Of a stretch of DNA of 44,681 nucleotides, positions 37,751-44,681 are shown one piece after another. The stretch spans positions 1-44,681 of the forward strand of contig JACRKH010000060.1 of assembly GCA_016235495.1 (NCBI GenBank), read 5' to 3'. Made by a program: the position numbers and the translations under genes. This DNA comes from Candidatus Woesearchaeota archaeon (GTDB taxonomy: Archaea > Nanobdellota > Nanobdellia > SCGC-AAA011-G17 > GW2011-AR17). Below the pieces are notes generated by a model. It made no database searches. It was not told the origin of the DNA and saw nothing but the letters and a program-made list of their open reading frames with translations. Within the stretch, counting starts at the first letter, position 1. Each line of letters begins with the position of its first letter.

Positions 37751-38676
37751 TATTCTATCTTATAGACTCTCCCAGCATCTGCATCAAGGTAAACTTTGTC
37801 ACCTGTACGAAGGCGTTTTGTCGCATTATTTGTTCCAACTATACAAGGAACTCCAATCTCCCGAGAAACAATTGCTGCATGGCAAAGGGTTCCTCCTTGA
37901 TCAGTTATAATTCCTTTTGAAGAAATCATATTAGGAGTCATATCAGGATCAGTTCTTGGTGCTACTAAAATCTCACCATCTTGAAAATCTGCAGTATATC
38001 CTTGGATAACTCTGCACAGACCTTCGACCTCTCCTAAAGATGCCTTTAAACCCTTAACTGCTAGAGTTAAATGATGATTATTCCGTTTTCGAAGTGAAAT
38101 AAAATTTTTCATATAACTAATCTCCATGACCTCAGTTAATTCTTGAGTAGAGTATTTCATAAGACCGGCAATAGGATCTGCAACAAGGATCTTACCTTCA
38201 TTTTCTCCATAAATAACGACATGATGAGTACAATCATCTGTAGGATATTTTATTTCAAGAATAGGAATTCTTCCTTCATTTAGCTCTTCAAGAAGTTTTT
38301 GAACAGTAAATTCTTTTCTCACATATTGAAAATGAGAGTTAGGTTCAAGTGATTTAATAATAGGCAGAAATTCCTTCATATATCTGCTCCATTTTGTTCT
38401 GGACATGAATTCTGGTTGCCCTATCCTAGGGATTTGCAACTTTACTTCAAGACCAAGACGCAGAGAATGCCGTGCAAGTTTTGGATAGCTTCCATACTCC
38501 CCATCACCGCCTTTCCAAAACCTAATTTTATCATGAAGGTACATTTCTTCTTCTTCTCCAAGAGGGAAAGTCTCTGGGAAGAAGTGGTGTAATACCATTA
38601 GGTATGATGATGCGACACATGTATAAGGTGTGCTTTGTATATACGTTTCAATATTTTCCATGTTTTTATCCTCCAA
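37750..38676 (-). CDS. C39-like cysteine peptidase fused to a PEP-utiliser mobile (phospho-His) domain
   Basis: QSTPYTC, HHVVIYG, VADP triad; C-terminal TDQGGTLCHAAIVSREIGVPCIVG. Confidence 0.88.
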   Translation of the reverse strand: MEDKNMENIETYIQSTPYTCVASSYLMVLHHFFPETFPLGEEEEMYLHDKIRFWKGGDGEYGSYPKLARHSLRLGLEVKLQIPRIGQPEFMSRTKWSRYMKEFLPIIKSLEPNSHFQYVRKEFTVQKLLEELNEGRIPILEIKYPTDDCTHHVVIYGENEGKILVADPIAGLMKYSTQELTEVMEISYMKNFISLRKRNNHHLTLAVKGLKASLGEVEGLCRVIQGYTADFQDGEILVAPRTDPDMTPNMISSKGIITDQGGTLCHAAIVSREIGVPCIVGTNNATKRLRTGDKVYLDADAGRVYKIE

Positions 38677-39571
38677 TTAATCTAAAAAATTCTTTTTGAT
38701 TTATCTCCAAGCAAAAATGATATACCTTAAGTTCTGGTATACTCTCTTTATATGTTTGAAAAACCAATTCTCTAAAAAGATAATCTACTATTCCTCCTTC
38801 AATGCTATAGCGTTTTCTCGGTTCTTCAAATCCTGCCCAATGAGACAAGCGCAGAAACCTATGAAGTAAAGTTCTTGTTTCTAAATCTGCTTTTTTAGAG
38901 CATAACCTTTCTATTTCTGTAGAAAATTTTTTTCTCGTGTCTTCTCTATTCTTTCTTATCCGTTCCAAGAGTGCTTCTTGTTTTGGATTGTAGAGCCTTT
39001 TTTGTTCCTGTTCAGCCATTGTAAAATCCCCATAGCTATATCTCTCTGCAAATTCCTCTACAGTTCTTTCTTTGGCTTCTGTTATAAGAAATAGCTCAAA
39101 TGAATCAATAGGGGGTATAATTTCCCTTCCTGTTAAATCCTCTAAGTTTGTTCCTAATTTTTGTAAGATTTGGGGAAGATTATTAGAAACATAAACTCTA
39201 ATTCCTCTATCATTATCCAAAAACCTTTTTGCTGTCTCTCCTATTCTGCTCTTTTCTTCAACAATCTCTGTTATGTCCTCTGCAGTATCGTAGGCAAATT
39301 TATCATGTGCATACCAGCTTGCAAAATAGATATTAATCCCTAGATCCAAACTCAGCTGTGATGTTAATTGTTCCTGGATTCTGGATTCAGAATCTTCTAA
39401 GGTACCATGCTGTTCCGCATAAAGAATTTCTTGCCGTATTTGGGCATAGCCTTTACCCACTCTTCTCACTAGTCCATTAATAACCGAAAATCGCTTCTTT
39501 TGGTCTAATGAGCTTCGCCAAGCATGATAGTGCTCTTCTTCTTTTAATGGAGTGAATTGTAATTCTTTCAT
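38666..39571 (-). CDS. Hypothetical helical protein, probable substrate-binding subunit of a split dikinase
   Basis: EEFAERYSY, E.RK, LFREL..VYHF.LE recall the middle domain of rifampicin-phosphotransferase-like enzymes (by eye). Confidence 0.6.
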   Translation of the reverse strand: MKELQFTPLKEEEHYHAWRSSLDQKKRFSVINGLVRRVGKGYAQIRQEILYAEQHGTLEDSESRIQEQLTSQLSLDLGINIYFASWYAHDKFAYDTAEDITEIVEEKSRIGETAKRFLDNDRGIRVYVSNNLPQILQKLGTNLEDLTGREIIPPIDSFELFLITEAKERTVEEFAERYSYGDFTMAEQEQKRLYNPKQEALLERIRKNREDTRKKFSTEIERLCSKKADLETRTLLHRFLRLSHWAGFEEPRKRYSIEGGIVDYLFRELVFQTYKESIPELKVYHFCLEINQKEFFRLIGG

Positions 39572-39582
39572 GTTTCATGTTA

Positions 39583-39602
39583 GGAGGGGATTTCTCCCCT
39601 CC
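39583..39602 (-). terminator. GC-rich stem-loop after the precursor (attenuator or mRNA stabiliser)
   Basis: GGAGGGGA-GAAA-TCCCCTCC, perfect 8-bp stem, GNRA loop. Confidence 0.7.
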
Positions 39603-39608
39603 CAAATC

Positions 39609-39686
39609 TTAATTTTCTTCCTCGTCAAGGCTTCCACTAATCCCGCCACAAGCAAGGCAGGAAAACTGCCATAATACTTTTTCCAT
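39609..39686 (-). CDS. Candidate RiPP precursor B (25 aa)
   Basis: MEKVLWQFSCLACGGISGSLDEEEN; SD GGAGGT about 7 nt upstream; 3 nt after the rSAM stop; followed by a hairpin. Confidence 0.75.
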   Translation of the reverse strand: MEKVLWQFSCLACGGISGSLDEEEN

Positions 39687-39689
39687 TTT

Positions 39690-40748
39690 CTAGACCTCCT
39701 TCACCATTTTTTCAACAAAAAAAGAACAAATAGGATTCTCTGCAAACAATTTCTTTTCTTTCCAATATCCATATGCACAGCAACCGCCACAAAGCTTGAG
39801 ATAGGTACAATGAGCACATCTGCCACCCATATTCCTTTTCCTCATTTGAACAAATTCTGGGCAGCTATCCCATACATCTTTGATATCTCTATTTCCCAAG
39901 TCTGCTATCTCTAAGTTATTAAGCATTGGACAGAAAGAAACATTTCCTTTATTGTTAATGTACATATAACTAATTCCCACACTACAGCCTGAATAAACAT
40001 CTAATGACCCATATCTTCTTTCTATTTCTGCAACTAATTCTGTATTTGCAACAAGAGCTAGAGGATCACCAGAAAAATAAGGCATATCATATTTTTTGCT
40101 TAATGTAGGAAGTTTTTTTAATATTTCTGCATAAGACTCTTTATCCAGAGAGAGTTCATCATAATTATTCTCAGCATTTGCAACATAAATACAACCTCTG
40201 AGACCGAGTTCTACAGCTCCTTTTTCTTTTCCGAATTTAAAGAATCTTTCTATTTGATCCTGATTTCTCTTATTAATTGTCATTCGAAGAACAAAATCAA
40301 TATTATTCCTTTTTGCAATATCAATAGCTCTAAGTACCAGTTCAAAAGAGCGATTATTCTGCCTTAACCAATTATGTGTTTCTGCATTTACCCCATCCAA
40401 GGAAAATTGAATTCGTGTCATACCAGATGCTTTAAGCTTTTTTGCATAGCCCTCCGTAAATAGAGAGCCATTACTTACAACTATAATCTTCACATCTTTA
40501 TCTTGTGATTTTATGAATGCAAGAATTGCAGGAAGATCTTTATGTAACAATGGCTCACCTCCACCAATCTCTAACCATTTAAGATCACTCTTCCAATGCA
40601 AAAATATATTTTTTAAGATTTTCTTGGTTTTAGATAATTCGAGCATATCTTCTGAGAAACGTCCTCTGCAATGAAGGCAAGTAAAGTTACACTTCCCCGT
40701 AATATCAATATGTATTACCCTTGGGACGAATTCATTGTCTTGGAGCAT
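39690..40748 (-). CDS. Radical SAM/SPASM enzyme, PqqE/NirJ-like (cluster B maturase)
   Basis: CNFTCLHC, GGGEPLL, SNG, SLDG, SPASM CSVG..GNVSFCP..CAHC..LCGGCC..PIC. Confidence 0.93.
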   Translation of the reverse strand: MLQDNEFVPRVIHIDITGKCNFTCLHCRGRFSEDMLELSKTKKILKNIFLHWKSDLKWLEIGGGEPLLHKDLPAILAFIKSQDKDVKIIVVSNGSLFTEGYAKKLKASGMTRIQFSLDGVNAETHNWLRQNNRSFELVLRAIDIAKRNNIDFVLRMTINKRNQDQIERFFKFGKEKGAVELGLRGCIYVANAENNYDELSLDKESYAEILKKLPTLSKKYDMPYFSGDPLALVANTELVAEIERRYGSLDVYSGCSVGISYMYINNKGNVSFCPMLNNLEIADLGNRDIKDVWDSCPEFVQMRKRNMGGRCAHCTYLKLCGGCCAYGYWKEKKLFAENPICSFFVEKMVKEV

Positions 40749-40996
40749 ATTACTAAAAGATAGATGGAAGTATAAATACTTTACTTAAGAAGAATAGCTT
40801 TTTCACTCGGAAGTAAAGTGAATTAGATTTATATACTTATAAATAATCTTTAAAATTTTTGGGATTACGGAACTCCTCAAAATATGTTTTTGGAGAAAAA
40901 TTAAAGTCATAATGCTTCAGGCTTTTCATTTTTCAGGGTTCAAATTTATTCAGTAGGCTCATAAGAAATTTTATTATCTTAGAATACTACCCATTT

Positions 40997-41021
40997 CCTT
41001 TTTCCTTGTTCCTTTCCTTCA
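40997..41021. repeat. 25-bp direct repeat, copy 2
   Basis: Identical to 36540-36564; intergenic. Confidence 0.85.
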
Positions 41022-41090
41022 AAGAGTTTTCCAGCATCAATAAAAGAAGTTTTATAAAATGAATGCAAAGGTCATCCGCTGCCAACCCAC

Positions 41091-41603
41091 TTAACGGAGA
41101 GAAAGCAAATACACGCCCAGCTCCTCAAAGAACAGCTTTTCATTTTCTAAACACTTCCAGCTATAATCTTTAAATAATTTTTCAGGCTCTCCAGTAAGGT
41201 CGCTCATCACCAGCAGAATATTCCCTTTCTCTGTTAAATGCTCTTTTGCCAGCACAAGAAATGCAGTGAGTATCTCATCTCCCACAAGACCGCCAGTCGT
41301 TGCCAGCTTCGAGTCTTCAGGCTCATCAATATCTTCCGGCAGGTACGGAGGGTTAAAAATAATCCAGTCAAACTTCCCTGGAACATGAGAAAACAAATCA
41401 CTCTCTAAAGCAGAAACACCTTTCTTCTGCACAAAAGCAACACACTCTGGATTCACATCAACTGCAAGCACGTCTTTCGTATTTTCTAAAGCAGCCAAAG
41501 CCTGAATTCCAGAGCCAGTCCCCATATCCAGCACTTTACCTTGTACTAATTTTCGCACCCACCTCTGAAGAAGCTCTGAATCCTCTCGTGGCTCGTAAAT
41601 CAT
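41091..41603 (-). CDS. HemK2/Mtq2-type methyltransferase
   Basis: YEPREDSELL, LDMGTGSG, FNPPYLP. Confidence 0.92.
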   Translation of the reverse strand: MIYEPREDSELLQRWVRKLVQGKVLDMGTGSGIQALAALENTKDVLAVDVNPECVAFVQKKGVSALESDLFSHVPGKFDWIIFNPPYLPEDIDEPEDSKLATTGGLVGDEILTAFLVLAKEHLTEKGNILLVMSDLTGEPEKLFKDYSWKCLENEKLFFEELGVYLLSLR

Positions 41604-41660
41604 GAGAAAAAAGATATTAAAATGTTTATATACCTATTGTTATGCTGAAAATTCTTCCAA

Positions 41661-41858
41661 ATGAACAAGAAAAAACTTATAAAGATAAAAAGCCTTAGAA
41701 AAAAGATGAAAAGTAAGCTAATAGGGAAAGAATCTCATCTTGACAGACTCATTGGAATTATTCCTAATAATGGAAGAAATTCAGTCAATGAAGTGAGAAA
41801 AATAAGAAAAAAACTTTCCAAAGAGCCTTTTGACATAGAATATATCAATTCCTTGTAA
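41661..41858 (+). CDS. Small antitoxin-like protein
   Basis: 65 aa, LIGII..NSVNEVRKIRKKL; adjacent to a PIN gene. Confidence 0.55.
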   Translation: MNKKKLIKIKSLRKKMKSKLIGKESHLDRLIGIIPNNGRNSVNEVRKIRKKLSKEPFDIEYINSL

Positions 41859-42279
41859 ATTCTTCTGGTTTTATGGCAAAGACACCCTCAGCATCTGCAA
41901 TAAGGAGAAGCTGTTTATCTCTTGTAACAAGGACTGCTCCTATACGTTCTGTAATACAAAGATGGACAAGATCATAATAGCTAATAGAAAAATTATATTT
42001 CACCTCTAATTTTCTTGCCTTATTTTTATCTTCTAAGCTAACCTCTACTCTTTGAAAAGTCTGTAATTCTTCAAGAATGAGAAAATAATCCTTTTTTTCA
42101 AGCTTAATATCTAGTTCTCTTAAAACAATGCCAGAATAAACGATATCATCATAATGAGAACCTTCAACACAATGAAGAAAATCTCTTGCAATTTCCCAGT
42201 AGGGCTTTCCTTTACGAGCATCCCCTTCTTTCTTAAAAAGATTCAGCCAAATGCAGGTATCTACATAGTAAAGAGTCAT
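41845..42279 (-). CDS. PIN-domain (VapC-like) ribonuclease
   Basis: YYVDTCIW, LREL, YYDLVH, LVTRDK. Confidence 0.88.
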   Translation of the reverse strand: MTLYYVDTCIWLNLFKKEGDARKGKPYWEIARDFLHCVEGSHYDDIVYSGIVLRELDIKLEKKDYFLILEELQTFQRVEVSLEDKNKARKLEVKYNFSISYYDLVHLCITERIGAVLVTRDKQLLLIADAEGVFAIKPEEFTRN

Positions 42280-42358
42280 AAGTGGTGAAGAGAAAAAAGC
42301 CTTAATAAAAGTGAACAAAGAAAATCCGAAAATCTTTCAGGTTTTAATATCTAAGAAT

Positions 42359-42805
42359 CTACTTCAGCTCCCGTAGATACTCCTTCACCCGGGAAACAAT
42401 ACCCAATAAATAAAATTTCTCTATCTTTTCTTCAAACAAGCAAACCATATCATCCTCATTCTCATGAATGCGATAATTATTTCGCACTTTCTCCACAAAA
42501 TAAAGATCTCTCAATCGTTTCACCTGCCTTCGGATATTTGATGCAGCAATGCCATGCAAAGCTAATTTTTCCTCTTTTCTTTTTGCAACAACAAACTCCT
42601 GAATTTCATCACAGCTCATCTCCCTCTTTTGCTCTAAAAGAACCTGAAAAATATCCACAATCACATCTCTCGAATCACCCGGCTGCAGAAGTCCAGTAGA
42701 AAGACAAATCTTTCGTATCAAATCCCTCTTGGGCATGTTATAAGGTTTTTCATACTTTCTCAGCGTCAGTTCTGCCAAGGGGATATCTTTAGAGATTTTT
42801 GTCAT
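42359..42805 (-). CDS. Winged-helix-type protein
   Basis: CLSTGLLQPGDSRD, SNIRRQVKRLRDL; layout similar to 18653-19048. Confidence 0.75.
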   Translation of the reverse strand: MTKISKDIPLAELTLRKYEKPYNMPKRDLIRKICLSTGLLQPGDSRDVIVDIFQVLLEQKREMSCDEIQEFVVAKRKEEKLALHGIAASNIRRQVKRLRDLYFVEKVRNNYRIHENEDDMVCLFEEKIEKFYLLGIVSRVKEYLRELK

Positions 42806-42816
42806 TTTTTGCCTCC
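42788..42816. repeat. 29-bp direct repeat, copy 1 (SD plus first 6 codons)
   Basis: TTTAGAGATTTTTGTCATTTTTTGCCTCC, identical to 43620-43648. Confidence 0.9.
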
Positions 42817-43637
42817 AGTTTTTTCATTCCAGTATCTTTTGTAAGAAGACTCATTTGTTCTATTGCAATTTCATTTAATTTTACTAACCTTTTTGCTTTG
42901 TCTAATTTCTCTTTTATAAACAAAGCATTGAGATTCTCTAAGTTGGATAAACAAACGAGCTGGCAAACATCAGCATAATCCCTCATATTACCTTCAAATG
43001 TAGGATTCTTATTTTTCCATTCTTTTGCAGTCATCCCGAAAAGTGCTAAATTAAGTATATCAGCTTCTGTGGCATAAATAAGCATTTCTTCAGAAGCAGT
43101 AATTTTCTCAGGAATTAAATTATTCTTAATAGCCTCAGTATGAACCCTATAATTTATTTTTGTTAAATTTCTTTTGATATCCCAATCCAAAGATTTTCTT
43201 TCACTTTCTTCATTTTTGAGCCTCTGAAACTCTTTTATTAAATAGAGTTTAAATTCTGCAGAAATCCATGAAGCAAATTCAAATGCTATGTCCTTATGTG
43301 CATATGTCCCACTATCATATCTTCCACTTTTTGAAACTATTCCTATTGCACGAGTTGTTTCTATCCATTTTTGTGGAGCTAATACGAAGGCATTTGAACC
43401 AGCTTCATTTCTAAAGGAGTCGAATTCGATCCCTTTAAACAAAGGATTATTTATTTTTTCCCATAAACCTAAAAATTCTATGGTGCTTTTTGCCCGCATC
43501 CAATTTCTAACTACATCTTTAGGTTCTTCTGGATTCTTATACCTTGCAATATCAGTAAGAGAAATATAATCTTCTTTATCTTTGTTATAGAGACTTATTT
43601 CCTTATGTAAAACATTCATTTTAGAGATTTTTGTCAT
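42789..43637 (-). CDS. KilA-N domain DNA-binding protein
   Basis: DYISLTDIA, NWMR..TIEFLGLWE, GTYAHKDIAFEFASWIS.EFKLYLIKEFQRLK. Confidence 0.92.
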   Translation of the reverse strand: MTKISKMNVLHKEISLYNKDKEDYISLTDIARYKNPEEPKDVVRNWMRAKSTIEFLGLWEKINNPLFKGIEFDSFRNEAGSNAFVLAPQKWIETTRAIGIVSKSGRYDSGTYAHKDIAFEFASWISAEFKLYLIKEFQRLKNEESERKSLDWDIKRNLTKINYRVHTEAIKNNLIPEKITASEEMLIYATEADILNLALFGMTAKEWKNKNPTFEGNMRDYADVCQLVCLSNLENLNALFIKEKLDKAKRLVKLNEIAIEQMSLLTKDTGMKKLEAKNDKNL

Positions 43638-43648
43638 TTTTTGCCTCC
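43620..43648. repeat. 29-bp direct repeat, copy 2
   Basis: Identical to 42788-42816. Confidence 0.9.
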
Positions 43649-43767
43649 TATCCAATATCTAACAGTATCAAATCTGTCATGGTTAAACTATTTCTTCGAA
43701 TCACTGCTTAAAACTTATAAGAAAAAGACTATTTAAAGCTGGCGCGGGGGCATGCCGGCTGTCCAAG

Positions 43768-44604
43768 CTACAGCGTATCCCAAGGGCTTTTAATTCTAGA
43801 GATATCCTTTGTACTCACTTTTGTATATATTTCAGTGGTCTTCAAGTCACTATGCCCTAATAGTTTTTGGATATAGCGTATATCAGTTCCTTGCTCCAAA
43901 AGATGTGTTGCAAAAGAATGGCGAAGCATATGAGGGTGAAGCTGAATACCTGCTTGTTTTCCTGCATTCTTAAGAACTGCCTGCACAGGCTTTTTCGTAT
44001 ATTTCCCTTCTCTCCCTTCTAAAACATATTCTGTCTTAAAGCTATACTCACTGTAATATCGCAGCAAATCCCTCTGTAAAGATGCAGACATGAGTGTCAC
44101 ACGATCTTTAGCTCCCTTTCCTTGCCGCACAAAAAGAAGATTTCTGTCAAAATCCAAATCCTTTCTTTTCAGGTCAATGAGCTCAGAAAGCCGAAGACCG
44201 CTGGAATAAAGAAGTTCAATGATAATCTTATGTTTGAGATTCTTTGTTGCAGATAAAAGCTCTTTTATCTTCTCTTGACTGATGACTTTTGGCAGCTGTT
44301 TTATTCTCTTTTTTACAGGAACCTTTTCCGCAAATGCTGTTTGTTGTAATATTTCCATAAAGAAGAATTTGAGTGCTGCATAGAGAAGCCGTGAAGAGTT
44401 GACAGAAATATTTCTGAGTAGGAGATAGGATCTAACACTCTCAGGGTTGAGGCAAAGCGAACTTTTCTCACAGAAGTCTAAGAATTTCCCTGTGTGAAAA
44501 ACATATGCTTTCTTTGTTTGAGGGCTGTATCCCTTTAAATCACACAGATCCTTGAGTTCTTGCAGGTATGCTTCCTTTTTTAGGGTATAATCCAATTGTT
44601 CCAT
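43768..44604 (-). CDS. Tyrosine recombinase (Xer/IntI-related, lacking the IntI insertion)
   Basis: GYSPQT..Y N-terminal domain; SGLRLSE, GKGAKDR, HMLRHSFATHLL, LGH, TTEIY, C-terminal IKSPWD; alternative start 44622. Confidence 0.93.
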   Translation of the reverse strand: MEQLDYTLKKEAYLQELKDLCDLKGYSPQTKKAYVFHTGKFLDFCEKSSLCLNPESVRSYLLLRNISVNSSRLLYAALKFFFMEILQQTAFAEKVPVKKRIKQLPKVISQEKIKELLSATKNLKHKIIIELLYSSGLRLSELIDLKRKDLDFDRNLLFVRQGKGAKDRVTLMSASLQRDLLRYYSEYSFKTEYVLEGREGKYTKKPVQAVLKNAGKQAGIQLHPHMLRHSFATHLLEQGTDIRYIQKLLGHSDLKTTEIYTKVSTKDISRIKSPWDTL

Positions 44605-44681
44605 ACCAGTCTTACCACGCATGGGATTATAAGCCTATAGCCTGTAAAACCGCAAATCTTTCGGAATCAAAGCTCTAAAAC

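Noticed and set aside
36941-38676. Frameshifted PEP synthase (ppsA) pseudogene
   Set aside because: Domain order is reversed, the His domain is fused in frame to a peptidase, each ORF has a coupled start, and no pyruvate-binding barrel is present.
40780-41090. Possible gene remnant upstream of cluster B
   Set aside because: Frames are interrupted by stops and no family could be recognised; only the 25-bp repeat is supportable.
42359-44681. Provirus or integrative element around the recombinase
   Set aside because: No capsid, packaging, replication or conjugation genes, and no tRNA-derived att duplication is visible in the window.

Overview
Archaeal chromosomal DNA, probably a DPANN/Woesearchaeota-like lineage (inference). 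Archaeal markers are rpl7ae-rps28e-rpl24e-ndk, rpl1-rplP0-rpl12, archaeal GluRS, type II MetAP, Dph6 and a tRNA with a BHB intron. Housekeeping blocks alternate with accessory DNA: a Dam/endonuclease module, several toxin-antitoxin pairs, a KilA-N gene and a tyrosine recombinase. The main result is two separate candidate RiPP (ribosomal peptide natural product) clusters whose precursor ORFs are below the ORF-track cutoff. Cluster A (27448-30066) has a 32-aa precursor ending YSDHYGAESY, a SPASM radical SAM enzyme, an APH-like kinase and a histidine phosphatase. Cluster B (36444-40748) has a SPASM radical SAM enzyme, a 25-aa precursor MEKVLWQFSCLACGGISGSLDEEEN, a dikinase-type phosphotransferase apparently split into three genes (one fused to a C39-like peptidase) and an HD phosphohydrolase, with a 25-bp direct repeat at its two ends. 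Other observations: a 29-bp duplication bracketing KilA-N, a near-palindrome shared between 123-141 and 36230-36248, an attC-like hairpin, a CAA-anticodon tRNA with Ser-like features and an AsnB-Dph6 fusion. All family calls come from motif recognition by eye; no searches were run.
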